Source: a virus (Duplodnaviria; Heunggongvirae; Uroviricota; Caudoviricetes). Taken from it: 64,000 nt of DNA. Each line of letters opens with the position of its first letter. The first letter of the stretch is position 1. This document shows positions 10,787-22,451 of the stretch, piece after piece. The notes beneath the pieces are model-generated. The model did no database searches. It worked only from the letters and a program-made list of their open reading frames with translations, and had not been told where the DNA came from. The stretch covers positions 5,703 through 69,702 of IMG/VR virus record IMGVR_UViG_2579778842_000017. One strand, written 5' to 3'. Both the position numbers and the translations under genes were made by a program.

Positions 10787-11680
10787 TTATTTTTTTGCCT
10801 TTTTAGCGGCGAAATACGGCGTCCAGTCACCAGTTTCCAGCGCCCTGGCTTTCAATTTGTCGAGGTTGTTGATTACTGCGCCGTTGCTCCCCTTAACTGT
10901 CGGGGTTGTGGCTGCCGTGGTTTTTGCTTTTGGCATGATTCTGGCCTTCGATTCGATACGTTCCAGCAGACGACCAATTGCTACGGGGTTTGTAGCTTCT
11001 GCCAGTTGCTTGCGCAGTTCAGCGTTGCGGCCGAGTGCCAGAACAACGATTTCCGGCTTCTCTGACTCAAACAGGATCGCGTTTTGTGTCTCGATGGGAA
11101 CTTCCTCGAGTACGGCCTGCTCAGCTTCCTGATAGCCAGGAACTTTGAGAGCCTTAACACGTTGCTGATATTTGGATAATCGCTCTTGATAGGCAGCCTG
11201 AAGCTCCTGCTCCTTCTGCTTGCGAGCCATCTCCTGTTGCTGGTACTTGCCGTTATCCTCTGCCCACTTAGCCATGCGTTGCTGGTAGATTTCTTCATCG
11301 AAACCGATGTCCTCATCATCCAGTTTTGGCATTCGCGGTGGTTGAGTGATTACCGGCTGCTGCTCGACGGGTTTCTGAGACTGACGCATCAGCTCTTTCA
11401 GCTCGCGGTCTTTCTCTTTAATCGTCTTGCGCAGGTGTTTTACCAGTCCATGCTCTGCGCCATCTTCGCTGGTTGGCGAATCCAGCTTTTCGTCACCAAA
11501 GTAGAATTCCTGTTCTGATTCGTCGTCATCAGTTTCAGTAGCTTCCTCTGCATCATTGCCGGAGGACTCACTGCCATCTTCTGTTTCGACTTCTTCAGCC
11601 AGTTCGACATCATCAGGAATCTGCTCTGACGCGTCGGTTTCGATTTCAACTTCTGGTGTGTTTTCTGCCATCTGGTCCAT
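10787..11680 (-). CDS. scaffolding protein, P22 gp8-like
   Basis: 297 aa, acidic N-terminus, helical Lys-rich C-terminus; between portal and coat. Confidence 0.75.
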   Translation of the reverse strand: MDQMAENTPEVEIETDASEQIPDDVELAEEVETEDGSESSGNDAEEATETDDDESEQEFYFGDEKLDSPTSEDGAEHGLVKHLRKTIKEKDRELKELMRQSQKPVEQQPVITQPPRMPKLDDEDIGFDEEIYQQRMAKWAEDNGKYQQQEMARKQKEQELQAAYQERLSKYQQRVKALKVPGYQEAEQAVLEEVPIETQNAILFESEKPEIVVLALGRNAELRKQLAEATNPVAIGRLLERIESKARIMPKAKTTAATTPTVKGSNGAVINNLDKLKARALETGDWTPYFAAKKAKK

Positions 11681-11770
11681 TTGTTACCCCTGTTTACTCG
11701 ATGTTCAGCCCATCGGAAGGCAATAGGGTGCCAGGCCTCATAAAGACAGCCATTGCACGTTATGGGTTAA

Positions 11771-13975
11771 TTACTGCTGTGGTTGTTGCTGAGTTGATTT
11801 TTGCAGGATGCTGCTGATGTCCATGCGCTGCGCATGGCCTTGCGCCTGACTTTTCAGGACAAGCTCTGCATCAGCACGGGCATTATCTCCTTGCTGTTGC
11901 TGGAACTGTCCGAGCAGTTTCAGCGCCTCACGGATATCAGATTTTTGCTGGCTATCGGCAGATGCGAGGATTTTCACAACATTTGCCGCTGCAACCTGAG
12001 CATCCGTCTGTGCCTGGAATGCTTTAACCTGAATGGCTGCCTGCTCGTTCTGCGCTTTCTGCAATTCAGCCTGACCAGCAAGAAGCTGACCTTGCGCTGC
12101 AACCATAGCCGGATCTGGCTGACTGGCCTGTTGTTGTTTCGCCTGTTCAACCATCTGCTGTTCTTCAGGCGTTCTCGGCTTGATAACGCCAGACAGAAGC
12201 AACTGATTGCGGTTGTATTCTTTCAGGTCGTCCATCCCTTCGCCGTCCATATTGTCGAGAATCATCGACGATACAAGGTCGTGCTTCGGCGTTCCTGGTG
12301 GGATAAGTGCCAGCATGGAAAGTAACGACTTAACCGTTGCGTCACGGCGAGTAGCGAACGACTGACCGACATCGACAGTCACTTCATAGTTACCCTGCGA
12401 AAGGTCGTTAAGCGCGATAACCTGCCCTGTCTGACGGTCAACCACTTCACCAGTCATCAGCGCCACGTCATCGCTGCCGTCCTCATTAACGATACGCATC
12501 GGCGTATCGCTGCCATAGACTTCACGCGCCATAGAAAGCCACACAACGCCAGCGCGACGCATAGATTTAGCCATGTTGTCCATGTAGATATAGGACTGCG
12601 TGTCCATCCGGTTAAAAATGCTATCAACGGTATCAGTAGCGACGTTGCTCGGCATGTTCTCAAGCTGCGACGCACCTGTAATTTGCTGAATAGCCGTTCC
12701 GGTGTACTGCAATAGCCCGGCAAGAGCTGGAGGCATTTGTGTCGGAGGCGTATAACTGCTGACCTGAGCCTGCGCAGTAATATCTCCGTTTTTGTTTTTC
12801 AGACTGACCATCGGCAGGAACGCCGGGCGCTTTTTGTTGCGCTCCGCCCAATGAGTGGCGAGAGGACCAGGAATCATGTCAACATCAACTACAGGAATGC
12901 CATCACCGCCAGCCTGAGTAGCGTTATCTGCAATCATGGAAACCATCAGGTTCTCAAGACGCTGTGCATCCATCGCTTTTGCTGCGTGTCCTTCAATTCG
13001 CTCCTGATTATCAACAAATGAGCGACGCCCATATACCGGGATGAGAGGAATATGTTCGCCCGGAATACGCTTCGGTTCTTCCAGCCATTCAGCGCCAGAC
13101 AGAAGACCGCAATAAACGCGGCGCTTCTTCACCGTTCGCTCGCCAATCAGTTCGAATGCACCATCGGTCAGTTCGTCGACAATATCTTTTATTTGCTCTT
13201 CATCATAGATTGCCGTTTCTCCGCTAACAGGGTTGCGCCACGCCGTGATCTTCACCTTCTCTATGCGAACTTCGTAGTAGCGTCCAACATAGATGGCATC
13301 TGGCGTTGACCAGTCATATTGAGTGCCAGTGTTATCACGAGAAAGGCTTGCCGCGGTGGAATCAGGGTATTCAGCCTCGAACGCTTTGGGCGTCATGGAG
13401 AACATTTCCATAGCCCACATAGCATCAGAGCGGTCATATTGCTTGCTGTCCTGATCAAAGAAGACGCATGTCGCTGGGTCGTAAACAGGAAGAAGGCTGA
13501 TGCGTCGCTGCTCGTTACTCGGATCCATTTCATCTTCGTAATCGGCACACATGCGGAAACAACCGAATCCGCCCGTTACAGCATCATCAAATGCGTTATC
13601 ACACGCTTCGCCACCGGATGTTTCCTGATAGTCAGCGCGGAATTTGCCGTTCATCTTTTCGGCTAACGCTTCCGATGCCTTATCGTCCTTAGGCCTGAAT
13701 TTAACGCTGATGCGATTCTGTCGATACTCGCCAATGATGCGATCACATTCACGGGCAATCTTATTCAGTTCAAAGCGCGGGTAATGCTCAAACCTGCCTT
13801 CATCAAATGAGTAACCAGCGTTTGTGCTGCCTTCCCACTGTGCGCCGGACACCCGGACGAAACGTTGAGCCTCAATAATCTGCTCACGCATATCCTTCGT
13901 TGCTGACCAGGCATTATCAAAGTTGCACAGCACCTTGCGATGCCAGTCAGTCATCTTTCTATCATCAGCCATCAT
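11771..13975 (-). CDS. portal protein, P22 gp1-like
   Basis: Track ORF 11771..13987; start refined to ATG at 13975 overlapping the terminase stop; C-terminal Gln-rich barrel region resembles P22 portal. Confidence 0.85.
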   Translation of the reverse strand: MMADDRKMTDWHRKVLCNFDNAWSATKDMREQIIEAQRFVRVSGAQWEGSTNAGYSFDEGRFEHYPRFELNKIARECDRIIGEYRQNRISVKFRPKDDKASEALAEKMNGKFRADYQETSGGEACDNAFDDAVTGGFGCFRMCADYEDEMDPSNEQRRISLLPVYDPATCVFFDQDSKQYDRSDAMWAMEMFSMTPKAFEAEYPDSTAASLSRDNTGTQYDWSTPDAIYVGRYYEVRIEKVKITAWRNPVSGETAIYDEEQIKDIVDELTDGAFELIGERTVKKRRVYCGLLSGAEWLEEPKRIPGEHIPLIPVYGRRSFVDNQERIEGHAAKAMDAQRLENLMVSMIADNATQAGGDGIPVVDVDMIPGPLATHWAERNKKRPAFLPMVSLKNKNGDITAQAQVSSYTPPTQMPPALAGLLQYTGTAIQQITGASQLENMPSNVATDTVDSIFNRMDTQSYIYMDNMAKSMRRAGVVWLSMAREVYGSDTPMRIVNEDGSDDVALMTGEVVDRQTGQVIALNDLSQGNYEVTVDVGQSFATRRDATVKSLLSMLALIPPGTPKHDLVSSMILDNMDGEGMDDLKEYNRNQLLLSGVIKPRTPEEQQMVEQAKQQQASQPDPAMVAAQGQLLAGQAELQKAQNEQAAIQVKAFQAQTDAQVAAANVVKILASADSQQKSDIREALKLLGQFQQQQGDNARADAELVLKSQAQGHAQRMDISSILQKSTQQQPQQ

Positions 13976-15468
13976 CCAACTCCGCAAGGTATGTTGTAGC
14001 TTGAGTAATCAATCTCTTTAGGATCTTTGATGTCTCGCATCTGTATTGCAAAACGCCTCATCATGTAGCCATAGCGAACAGCAGAAAGGATGTCGTCATT
14101 TAGCTTGACGATCTTCCCGTTCTCATCGCGGTGATACAGACGAAACTCTTCAAAGAATGGCTCGCAGGTGTTAAATACCTTGAAACGACCGTCGAGCATC
14201 ATGTCGCGTATCTCTGCTATCCCGGGTTCGACCGCATTACCTCCATCAGGCCATGTTGCATGATCTGGCAACATGTCGAACCCAGCTTCGGCGTATTGTT
14301 CCTTGAGCTGAGCGCCGCCTCCCTTTTCGTGCTGATGCCCGTCATGAGGCCAAGCCGTAGGGGTGTTTTTGCTCCATGCTTTAACAGCACTCCATGCCTC
14401 TGTCGCCTTCTTCTGTTTGGCCTTCCAGACGCGAGAAAGATAAATCACGTCCTCGTCTTTATCCCACCAAAGCTGGATATGTGCCTGTGGGTGATCCCAT
14501 CCGAAGTCCATTGCATTGATGACGTAGAAGTGATCAGGACACTCGAACGGCTGACACTTAATCGTCTCTTCCGGTATCTGGAAGATTCGACCGCTACCCA
14601 TCGTAGGAATACCGCGAGCACGCGCCTCTCTCTCATGCTCGGGATAGGATGCGATGATTTGCTCTTTCTGTTCGTCTGTGTAGTGCTCAGCGTCATAGAT
14701 GGTCATGTTGACCACTTTCTGCGACTTGCTGGGATTCTTCAGGAACTTGGTAACAACGTCAGACATCCCCATCAGCGGGGTAAACGTCAGAATTGAGAAT
14801 TGCCCGTATTTGTTGGTACGGGTAAGACCTTCGCCATAAATGCTGTATGGTGGCTCTTCGTCAAACCACACGCCGTGGATTGTGTCACCCTGCCAGCGAG
14901 CGCGGCCTTGCGAGTATGGTTTGAAGTAGCAGATTGAAATGCCATCTTCAACGCCATCAGCCGTGTGATGCTTAACCAGAAGATGATCAACAAGGTTCGG
15001 AAAGAAAGGAGACTTCTTCCAGCTAATGATGTCTTCTTTAGGTATGGAACCGTAGCCTGGCTCATCATTCTCTTCGATACGACCACACAGGATGCGTTGA
15101 GTCGTTTTGGTTACAGTCTCGTTTGTCTCGCCGCCAATCCAGAAGACAACAGGCTCATAGAAACGCTTACCTTTCCACTCACCGCCATATTTACCATCAG
15201 CAGGATAGCCTTTTGTGCCCGGGTAACGCCCGGTAAGGTGAAACGCGACTTCAGCAGCACCAGTAAATGACTTACCAAGCTGGTTACCAGCCATAAAACA
15301 TCGCTCTGGATAGTCATGCCCGGCGTCGATGAACTCACGCTGTTTGCTGTATGGCGTAAATTCATATAGCAGGTGTGTGTTACGGTAGTTCTCTTCTTCT
15401 TCGAGTAGCTCGAGCAATTCGATTTGCTCTTCGTCGCTCAAGTTATCAAGAATCGCGTCCAGTTCCAC
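13972..15468 (-). CDS. terminase large subunit, P22 gp2-like
   Basis: 498 aa; size and position match P22 gp2. Confidence 0.9.
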   Translation of the reverse strand: MELDAILDNLSDEEQIELLELLEEEENYRNTHLLYEFTPYSKQREFIDAGHDYPERCFMAGNQLGKSFTGAAEVAFHLTGRYPGTKGYPADGKYGGEWKGKRFYEPVVFWIGGETNETVTKTTQRILCGRIEENDEPGYGSIPKEDIISWKKSPFFPNLVDHLLVKHHTADGVEDGISICYFKPYSQGRARWQGDTIHGVWFDEEPPYSIYGEGLTRTNKYGQFSILTFTPLMGMSDVVTKFLKNPSKSQKVVNMTIYDAEHYTDEQKEQIIASYPEHEREARARGIPTMGSGRIFQIPEETIKCQPFECPDHFYVINAMDFGWDHPQAHIQLWWDKDEDVIYLSRVWKAKQKKATEAWSAVKAWSKNTPTAWPHDGHQHEKGGGAQLKEQYAEAGFDMLPDHATWPDGGNAVEPGIAEIRDMMLDGRFKVFNTCEPFFEEFRLYHRDENGKIVKLNDDILSAVRYGYMMRRFAIQMRDIKDPKEIDYSSYNIPCGVG

Positions 15469-15934
15469 GGTTGAATAGCTCCTTGATACGAGAGCGCCGC
15501 TTATCGCGATCTCCCTTATCAGGTGTCACGTCTTCAACTTGCGACTGCTCTTTGAGGCCCAAATCACGGGCGATGATGTTAGCGTTGAGAAGGTCAGCGG
15601 CTGCGCCAGAGAATTTCTGGTCGTAGATGATGTCTTCCGCTCGTGATGTGACGTCAGAAAAACCTTCCATTGACCGGAAGGTTCCCCATGTTTGCCTGGT
15701 GATATCAAGGAAGGTACACAATCCTGAAATAGTCATGGCTCGCATCTTAGGGACATTAGCCTTAATTATTTCTCCCTGATATGAAAATACCTTACCCTCC
15801 CATAGCGGGTTATCATCAGCCCACTCGAAGTATTCACAACAAGCAGCCCACAGCGCCTCAGGCGATTCGAATTTAGGATTTCGCCCATGACTACTGCGGG
15901 CCTCCCAAAATCGGTTGCCCTTTGGTGCTGCCAT
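15446..15934 (-). CDS. terminase small subunit, P22 gp3-like
   Basis: 162 aa, same length as P22 gp3; directly upstream of the large subunit. Confidence 0.8.
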   Translation of the reverse strand: MAAPKGNRFWEARSSHGRNPKFESPEALWAACCEYFEWADDNPLWEGKVFSYQGEIIKANVPKMRAMTISGLCTFLDITRQTWGTFRSMEGFSDVTSRAEDIIYDQKFSGAAADLLNANIIARDLGLKEQSQVEDVTPDKGDRDKRRSRIKELFNRGTGRDS

Positions 15935-16013
15935 ATTGATTATTTCCCTTCTGCTTGCTTATCCCATTCATCGCGGAATTTGGATGGGTTGTCGAAACCT
16001 TGAGTTGCCATGT

Positions 16014-16256
16014 TTATGCTCCGGTAGTGAACAGGTCTAACGCTTCCTTCGATTTACGCACCGCTTCGATTGTGCGGGTCGTGATATCTGAATTAGCGCC
16101 GCCTGACTGGAAGTGAATTTTGAATAGCTCAAGCTTCAGCTCGTCAGTGCCAATGAACTGAAATGCTTCTTCTGCGGCTGCGTTCTGGTTCATGACCAGT
16201 TTGTAAATCTCTAGCTGGAATTTCTGTTCTTCAGTCATGGGAATAATCTCTGCCAT
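16014..16256 (-). CDS. hypothetical protein (P22 orf80-like position)
   Basis: 80 aa between lysis genes and terminase. Confidence 0.45.
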   Translation of the reverse strand: MAEIIPMTEEQKFQLEIYKLVMNQNAAAEEAFQFIGTDELKLELFKIHFQSGGANSDITTRTIEAVRKSKEALDLFTTGA

Positions 16257-16558
16257 TGTTGGCTCCGTTTATCCGTTAAAAGGGATATCAGTTAAGTTAT
16301 CCCGTGTAGGGTATAAGCCATTGTCGAGACCACTCATTGAATGGTCTCTGCAATAACCGATGTCTTTCCATCAGTCCGCCACCACAAAGAATCTTTTTTG
16401 CCATAAGGCAGGAGGTTCATCTTTCAGTGGCTGTCAGTGTTATTTCCCCACTTTCTGGCTTGGGTTGTTTCGCTGTACTGCCGTAACTGGTTACCCAGAA
16501 TAAATTCCGGTTTCATTATAAAGCCCACCCGTAGATAGGCTTTGTAATGCCTACATGG

Positions 16559-17161
16559 TTAAATGATTTGCCAGTCTTCAGCCATCAGGTCGCCAATGGA
16601 TGGAACCCATGTAGCAAGGCGGTTCTGTGAGTTTTTCAATACAAGCGTGTCATTGAAAGTTGACTCGCCAACATATTCGCCAAAGCCATAACCCAACGCA
16701 GACGCTAATTTTTCCCCTTTCACGAGATAAACAAACTGGTCTTTCCCATTCCATCCTGCCCGCTGCAAACTTTTGCCCTGTTTTAACGCTTCCATGGCAA
16801 GGCCGAAACTTAGTCCTGATACCGGACGATAAGCCTTTTCGAATACTTCTTTTGGACTCCAGCTAACGTAGCCATCAAAGCGATCGGTGTTAGGTTTTCC
16901 GCCATCCAGATATTCAACCAGATAGCCTTCGTCCTCGCCGTTTTCTCCGGCAGGAAGCTGCCAGCCACGAAAATCGTTATATGCCTGTCTCGTCATCGGA
17001 AAGGCGTTAATCAGTTTTACGCCAATATGCTGGGTCATAAAATTACCTATGCAGTTGGGAATAAAAAGCCCCGCAAATGCGAGGCTAAATCCTGGTATTT
17101 GTAATGAACTGGCTCTTATCTCAACGCAGCCCCTTACCGCGCGCCAGATGCTCAATATCAA
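16559..17161 (-). CDS. hypothetical protein with possible DUF2829-like core
   Basis: 200 aa (alternative ATG at 17038 gives 159 aa); motif FGLAMEALKQGKSLQRAGWNGK recalled from DUF2829-type phage proteins. Confidence 0.4.
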   Translation of the reverse strand: MILSIWRAVRGCVEIRASSLQIPGFSLAFAGLFIPNCIGNFMTQHIGVKLINAFPMTRQAYNDFRGWQLPAGENGEDEGYLVEYLDGGKPNTDRFDGYVSWSPKEVFEKAYRPVSGLSFGLAMEALKQGKSLQRAGWNGKDQFVYLVKGEKLASALGYGFGEYVGESTFNDTLVLKNSQNRLATWVPSIGDLMAEDWQII

Positions 17162-17260
17162 GCATCAGCAATGAGATGTTTAATCTGGATTCACTCCAGA
17201 AGTGATCATCACCCTGTCTACAGAGCCAGATGTGAAGGATGATGAGTAAAATTATCGCTA

Positions 17261-17698
17261 TCATCGAAGGCATTGCGTCCTGATGTACTCCTGCAGGTAG
17301 TTAACCTGCGCGGTTATCCTGTCGATTCCACTTCGGAGACGGTAATAATTGAGTTCAGCATCTGCTGTAAGTCTTGGGCTTTCTCCATCGCCCATGCTGC
17401 TGGCTCCGGTCGTTGACTTTGCACAGATGGCGGCGACTTGCAGGCGCTTACGACCAGCAGAAACATCAGCACGGAGACTTTCGATAGTCGCGTTAGCATC
17501 AGCAAGCTCCTTTGTGTATCTGGCGTCAAGTTCTGCTACATCACGTTGACGCTTCTGCATGTCAGCGATTGTGGATGTGGCCTTATCGCGCTGCTCTTTA
17601 TAGGCGATGGCGTTATCACGGTAATGATTAACAGCCCATGACAGGCAGACGATGATGCAGATAATCAGAGCGGAGATAATCGCGGTTACTCTGCTCAT
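17261..17698 (-). CDS. Rz: i-spanin (Rz-like)
   Basis: 145 aa, N-terminal TM segment, follows lysozyme. Confidence 0.8.
   Translation of the reverse strand: MSRVTAIISALIICIIVCLSWAVNHYRDNAIAYKEQRDKATSTIADMQKRQRDVAELDARYTKELADANATIESLRADVSAGRKRLQVAAICAKSTTGASSMGDGESPRLTADAELNYYRLRSGIDRITAQVNYLQEYIRTQCLR
17314..17499 (-). CDS. Rz1: o-spanin (Rz1-like) embedded in Rz in the +1 frame
   Basis: 61 aa from internal Met; lipobox LLVVSAC; Pro-rich mature part. Confidence 0.6.
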   Translation of the reverse strand: MLTRLSKVSVLMFLLVVSACKSPPSVQSQRPEPAAWAMEKAQDLQQMLNSIITVSEVESTG

Positions 17699-18171
17699 GC
17701 CTCAATCTCTCTTACCGTTCCGCCAGCTTCTTTGAATTTTGCAATCAGGCTGTCAGCCTTATGCTCGAACTGACCATAACCAGCGCCAGGCAGTGAAGCC
17801 CAGATATTGCTGCAACGGTCGATTGCCTGACGGATATCACCGCGATCAATCATGGGTAAAGCACCACGTTCTTTAATCTGCTGCAATGCCACAGCATCCT
17901 GGCTTTTGGGAGAGAAGTCTTTCAGGCCAAGCTGCTTGCGGTAGGCATCCCACCAACGGGAAAGAAGCTGGTAACGTCCTGCTGCTGTTGATTTGAGTTT
18001 GGGGTTTAGCGTGACAAGTTTGCGAGGGTGATCGGAGTAATCAGTGAATAGCTCTCCGCCAACAATGACGTCATAACCATGATTCCTGGTTTTCTGACGT
18101 CCGTTATCAGTTCCCTCTGACCACGCCAGCATATCGAGGAACGCCTTACGTTGATTATTGATTTCCACCAT
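17695..18171 (-). CDS. endolysin, T4-type lysozyme (P22 gp19-like)
   Basis: 158 aa; position between holin and Rz. Confidence 0.85.
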   Translation of the reverse strand: MVEINNQRKAFLDMLAWSEGTDNGRQKTRNHGYDVIVGGELFTDYSDHPRKLVTLNPKLKSTAAGRYQLLSRWWDAYRKQLGLKDFSPKSQDAVALQQIKERGALPMIDRGDIRQAIDRCSNIWASLPGAGYGQFEHKADSLIAKFKEAGGTVREIEA

Positions 18172-18478
18172 CTTCTACTCCGGCTTTTTTAGCAGCGAAG
18201 CGTTTGATAAGCGAACCAATCGAGTCAGTACCGATGTAGCCGATGAACACGCTCGTTATATAAGCGAGATTGCTACTTAGTCCGGCGAAGTCGAGAAGGT
18301 CACGAATGAACCAGGCGATAATGGCGCACATCGTTGCGTCGATTACTGTTTTTGTAAACGCACCGCCATTATATCTGCCGCGAAGGTACGCCATTGCAAA
18401 CGCAAGGATTGCCCCGATGCCTTGTTCCTTTGCCGCGAGAATGGCGGCTAACAGGTCATGTTTTTCTGGCATCTTCAT
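18155..18478 (-). CDS. S: holin, lambda S-like
   Basis: 107 aa; sequence [25 protein letters not shown]... near-identical to lambda S as I recall it. Confidence 0.85.
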   Translation of the reverse strand: MKMPEKHDLLAAILAAKEQGIGAILAFAMAYLRGRYNGGAFTKTVIDATMCAIIAWFIRDLLDFAGLSSNLAYITSVFIGYIGTDSIGSLIKRFAAKKAGVEDGGNQ

Positions 18479-18602
18479 GTCTTACCCCCAATAAGGGGAT
18501 TTGCTCTATTTAATTAGGAATAAGGTCGATTACTGATAGAACAAATCCAGGCTACTGTGTTTAGTAATCAGATTTGTTCGTGACCGATATGCACGGGCAA
18601 AA

Positions 18603-18637
18603 CGGCAGGAGGTTGTTAGCGCGACCTCCTGTCACCC
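18603..18637 (-). terminator. hairpin, possible terminator in the Q-holin gap
   Basis: Stem CAGGAGGT/ACCTCCTG followed on the minus strand by CCGTTTTGCCC. Confidence 0.3.
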
Positions 18638-18874
18638 GCTTTCACGAAGATCATGTGTAGAAGGCCGCAGCGTAACTATCACTGATGAATTCAGGATAGC
18701 CAGTGGATACGGCTCAGTTTGGGTTGTGCTGTTGCTGGGCGGCGATGACGCCTGTACGCATTTGGTGATCCGGTTCTGCTTCCGGTATTCGCTTAATTCA
18801 GCACAACGGAAAGAGCACTCAATGCATTTAAACCAAGCCCCATAAAGGAGAATGCTCTTACCTGTTGCACAGAT

Positions 18875-18935
18875 ATAAAAAATCCCGAAACCGTTATGCA
18901 GGCTCTAACTATTACCTGCGAACTGTTTCGGGATT
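18875..18935 (-). terminator. tR'-like terminator downstream of Q
   Basis: Inverted repeat AATCCCGAAAC/GTTTCGGGATT followed on the minus strand by a U-run; about 210-270 nt past Q, the lambda 6S RNA geometry. Confidence 0.4.
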
Positions 18936-19146
18936 GCATTTTGCAGACCTCTCAGCCTGCGATGGTTGGAGTTCCAGACGATACGTCGAAGTGACCAACT
19001 AGGCGGAATCGGTAGTAAGCGCCGCCTCTTTTTATCTCACTACCACAACGAGCGAATTAACCCATCGTTGGGTCAAATTTACCCAACTTTATTCAAAAAG
19101 TCAATATCATGCCGTTAATATGTTGCCATCCGTGGCAATCATGCTG

Positions 19147-19770
19147 CTAACGTGTGACCGCATTCAAAATGTTGTCTGCGATTGACTCTTCTTTGTGGCA
19201 TTGCACCACCAGAGCGTCATACAGCGGCTTAACAGTGCGTGACCAGGTGGGTTGGGTAAGATTTGGGATTAGCATCGTCACAGCGCGATATGCGGCGCTT
19301 GCTGGCATCCTTGAATAGCCGACACCTTTGCATCTTCCGCATTCTTTCTCAACAACTCTCCCCCACTGCTCTGTTTTTGCTATATCAACCGCACGGCCTG
19401 TACCGTGACAATCTCTGCATCTTGCGCCAGGCGTCGCGGCACTACGGCAATAATCCGCATAAGCGAATGTTGCGAGCACTTGCAGTACCTTTGCCTTAGT
19501 ATTTCCTTCGAGCTTTGCCACACCACGGTATTTCCCCGATACCTTGTGTGCAAATTGCATCAGATAGTTGATAGCCTTTTGTTTGTCGTTCTGGCTGAGT
19601 TCGTGCTTACCACAGAATGCAGCCATTCCGAATCCGGCTTGTGATTGCGCCATCCCCATAGCAGCCATCACATCAGTACCGGAAAGAGAGTCAGAAGCCG
19701 TGGCCCGTGGTGAGTCACTCATCATCGGGCTTTTTGGCGAATGAAATTTAGCCACGCTTTCGAGTCTCAT
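19147..19770 (-). CDS. Q: late gene antiterminator Q
   Basis: 207 aa; recalled as near-identical to lambda Q. Confidence 0.9.
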   Translation of the reverse strand: MRLESVAKFHSPKSPMMSDSPRATASDSLSGTDVMAAMGMAQSQAGFGMAAFCGKHELSQNDKQKAINYLMQFAHKVSGKYRGVAKLEGNTKAKVLQVLATFAYADYCRSAATPGARCRDCHGTGRAVDIAKTEQWGRVVEKECGRCKGVGYSRMPASAAYRAVTMLIPNLTQPTWSRTVKPLYDALVVQCHKEESIADNILNAVTR

Positions 19771-20432
19771 GCGCCTTCTCCCTGTACCTGAATCAATGTG
19801 AGATTTCCGCAGAACACTGCCCCAGTATCGATATACATCTGGTTGGCAAATTTGAGTGGTTTCACTGCTGGCGTATGACCAAAGATGAACGTGTCCGCGC
19901 CTTTGATTTCTTTCACGATCCCGTCTTGTGAGTTGCTGATTCGTTCGCGGTTCCAGATTACCTGCTGATGATCAACTGGCTTTCCAAACTCGTATTCGTC
20001 ACAAGGATAATCGGCGTGGCAGATGACATATTTTTTATCTTTGCTCACCAGTTCGATGATTAACGGAAGTTCATCTGCTTTATGGGCAAGAGCTTTAGCC
20101 AGAATTTCTTTGTCGTAATCGAGATTAAAGAACCAGCCACCGCCATTAAGCATCCAGTGATTGACGTTTCCTCGCTCTGATAAGCCATCAATCATCATTT
20201 GCTCATGGTTTCCACGTACAGCTCTGAACCAGGGGAATGTGATTAATTCCAGGCATTCGACGTTCTCTGTACCGCGATCGACCAAATCGCCAACCGAGAT
20301 AAGCAGGTCTTTTTTGGTGTCGAATCCTATCGTCTCCAGTTTTTTCATCAGGTTCGTGTAGCATCCGTGCAGATCGCCAACTACCCAAATATTTCGGTAT
20401 TTGCTGCCATCAATTCTTTCGTAATAGCGCAT
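19767..20432 (-). CDS. Ser/Thr protein phosphatase (lambda ORF221/NinI-like)
   Basis: Start refined to MRYYERIDG...; metallophosphatase motifs GDLHGCY, GDLVDRG, GNHE. Confidence 0.85.
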   Translation of the reverse strand: MRYYERIDGSKYRNIWVVGDLHGCYTNLMKKLETIGFDTKKDLLISVGDLVDRGTENVECLELITFPWFRAVRGNHEQMMIDGLSERGNVNHWMLNGGGWFFNLDYDKEILAKALAHKADELPLIIELVSKDKKYVICHADYPCDEYEFGKPVDHQQVIWNRERISNSQDGIVKEIKGADTFIFGHTPAVKPLKFANQMYIDTGAVFCGNLTLIQVQGEGA

Positions 20433-20616
20433 CTCTTTCACTCCATCCGCGATGAACCATAAGAACGTCGTTGACGATGGCGTGCATTTTCCCGTCTTTA
20501 TCATCAACGTATTTTCTGACCGTACAGCGACTACATTTCAGTCTGCGTGCTACTTCTGTCTGGTTTCCGTATGCTTCAACGAGCATGTCTGGAATGGTTT
20601 TTACTGAGAACGTCAT
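20410..20616 (-). CDS. ninH: NinH
   Basis: 68 aa, [27 protein letters not shown]... as in lambda NinH. Confidence 0.85.
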   Translation of the reverse strand: MTFSVKTIPDMLVEAYGNQTEVARRLKCSRCTVRKYVDDKDGKMHAIVNDVLMVHRGWSERDALLRKN

Positions 20617-21227
20617 GCGGCCTCACTTCTGCTATTTCGCAGGTCTTTGAGTTTCTGTTGGTACTCTGCCTTGATCGCCTTGCACTCTTCGACAGTCCAG
20701 CGATGGCGGTTATGGTTTGATTCGATTTCGTCTACTGCTTCCTGCCCGATACGGCTAATCAGTTCGACGCGATACGGAACGAGATTTCCGCTTTTGTGCT
20801 GGTTGCACACCACGCATTGCTTGTGAATATTGCGTTCATCAAATCGGAGTTGAGGTGCCGCAGCAGTTGTCCGGTAATGTCCGGCATCCCACTGAGCAGA
20901 CGTGATCGTTCCGCATGAGATACATGGTAAGTCGCGGTCTCTTTCTCTGATGAAGGCGTTTACGGCTTGTTGGACTTGTTTAATCCAGTAACTGCGGGGC
21001 TTTAAGGCGAGTTTTCGAATCTTAAGTTTATCTTTCTGTTTCTGCTCCTCTCGTCGTCGTTTCTTCTCTGCTGCTTTTTCCGCTTTTTCGCGTTCTTTGC
21101 TTCGTCGTTCGAGTGCTATCTTTGTTCCACACTCTGGAGAGCACCACCACTGATTAGCGAATGCAGGGTGAAACCATTCCCGACATTCTTCGTTTTTACA
21201 TCGTCTTCGCGCTGGTTTAGCCATCAT
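20613..21227 (-). CDS. ninG: NinG recombination-associated protein
   Basis: Start refined to [12 protein letters not shown]...; near-identical to lambda NinG as recalled. Confidence 0.85.
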   Translation of the reverse strand: MMAKPARRRCKNEECREWFHPAFANQWWCSPECGTKIALERRSKEREKAEKAAEKKRRREEQKQKDKLKIRKLALKPRSYWIKQVQQAVNAFIRERDRDLPCISCGTITSAQWDAGHYRTTAAAPQLRFDERNIHKQCVVCNQHKSGNLVPYRVELISRIGQEAVDEIESNHNRHRWTVEECKAIKAEYQQKLKDLRNSRSEAA

Positions 21228-21393
21228 CTTCTTCCTCGTACATTGAGCTATTCGGATCACTCATAAGTTCTGCGCAACAGTGCTCACACACGTGAACTTC
21301 CAGTACATGCAGCTTCTGACCGCAGTTAGCACACGTTAAAGCTCGCTCGACGCTTTCTTTCTGGTATTGAAGGGATTGGGATGGGCTAAGCAT
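21217..21393 (-). CDS. ninF: NinF
   Basis: 58 aa ORF absent from the track (<60 aa), translated by hand: [58 protein letters not shown]. Confidence 0.7.
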   Translation of the reverse strand: MLSPSQSLQYQKESVERALTCANCGQKLHVLEVHVCEHCCAELMSDPNSSMYEEEDDG

Positions 21394-21748
21394 TATTGGC
21401 GTCCTGCATCATGAGAAAGACAATCATGGCGGCGCGGAGAACATTTTCATGCTCATGCTCCCAAATAGGGTTGGCAGAAGCACCGTGCAAACCGCTTTCG
21501 TTCCAGTCCCAGAGAATGTTAACTCTGTTATCATCAATAATCGGCCATGCGTCTGCTGGGTTTGCGCATGGGTTAAAGGATCCGCGCTCAACTTCTACTT
21601 CAACTGCGTCTCCGTTTACAATGTCTCCCTCAAATGAGATAAACACCATCGCGCCATTCTCACCTTCTTTGTAATCCGGTGATCCGTTATGAATGGCTTC
21701 GAATACCGCCACGTTAATTTCAAAATCACTTAACTGTGAATAATCCAT
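21386..21748 (-). CDS. nin-region protein, DUF2591/NinX-like (copy A)
   Basis: 120 aa from MDYSQLSDFEIN...; paralog of the plus-strand gene at 35707..36060. Confidence 0.55.
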   Translation of the reverse strand: MDYSQLSDFEINVAVFEAIHNGSPDYKEGENGAMVFISFEGDIVNGDAVEVEVERGSFNPCANPADAWPIIDDNRVNILWDWNESGLHGASANPIWEHEHENVLRAAMIVFLMMQDANNA

Positions 21749-21750
21749 TG

Positions 21751-21927
21751 TCATTTCCTCGCACGATTTCTTAGCCACCGGATATCCCACAGGTGAGCCG
21801 TGTAGTTGAAGGTTTTTACGTCAGATTCTTTTGGGATTGGCTTGCGTTTATTTCTGGAGCGTTTCGTTGGAAGGTATTTGCAGTTTTCGCAGATGATGTC
21901 GGTGAAACTTCGTCGCTGTCGCCTCAT
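21751..21927 (-). CDS. ninE: NinE
   Basis: 58 aa from internal Met of track ORF 21751..22062: [58 protein letters not shown]. Confidence 0.75.
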   Translation of the reverse strand: MRRQRRSFTDIICENCKYLPTKRSRNKRKPIPKESDVKTFNYTAHLWDIRWLRNRARK

Positions 21928-22451
21928 GCCGCCCTCCTGACGCCCTGCCCGATCGCCATCAATGCCGCTTTGGATACGGTAGTAAACATCCGTCGAGGAC
22001 TGATGAACGGTCGCCAAATCAGCAGCATGGAGCCTTTGCTGTTTCCCTTCTTCTCCAGCCATGTCGATGGTTCGATAAAATTAATCCGTCCATCAGTGAT
22101 AATGCGAACTTCGTCGACACTCTCCAGAGCCTTGCTGAACCATCCGACTGACATATCCTCTGGCACAAGCATAACTACCGTCTGTCGCTGTTGTATGCAC
22201 TGCTCAGCGGCTTTTTCCACCCACGGCCTGATATTGCTGTACGGTGGGTTATTCCAGATTGCACCGTGGCTTACCCACTCAGAATTGAGCGCGTCGTCGG
22301 CCTCAGTTAGCCAGTGAGCACACAGAGCATTTTTGTCGCTCGCTGCCGAATCCAGCCAGAATCCAAACTCAATATCCAGTGCATCAAAAAGCCAAAGCGG
22401 CGTTTGCCAGCAGTCCTTGTCGTGTGCTGGCGTATTTGATTTGATAGTCAT
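21924..22451 (-). CDS. DNA N6-adenine methyltransferase (phage Dam-like)
   Basis: Start refined to [18 protein letters not shown]...; catalytic NPPY motif (IWNNPPYSN). Confidence 0.75.
   Translation of the reverse strand: MTIKSNTPAHDKDCWQTPLWLFDALDIEFGFWLDSAASDKNALCAHWLTEADDALNSEWVSHGAIWNNPPYSNIRPWVEKAAEQCIQQRQTVVMLVPEDMSVGWFSKALESVDEVRIITDGRINFIEPSTWLEKKGNSKGSMLLIWRPFISPRRMFTTVSKAALMAIGQGVRRAA

Noticed and set aside
15446-15934. P22 pac site inside the small terminase gene
   Set aside because: I could not match the remembered P22 pac sequence confidently; the closest stretch (GAAGACATCATCTACGACCAG) is only a partial resemblance.
16257-16558. Short minus-strand ORFs (24-28 aa) in the gap between the 80-aa and 200-aa genes
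   Set aside because: Too short and without convincing ribosome-binding sites.
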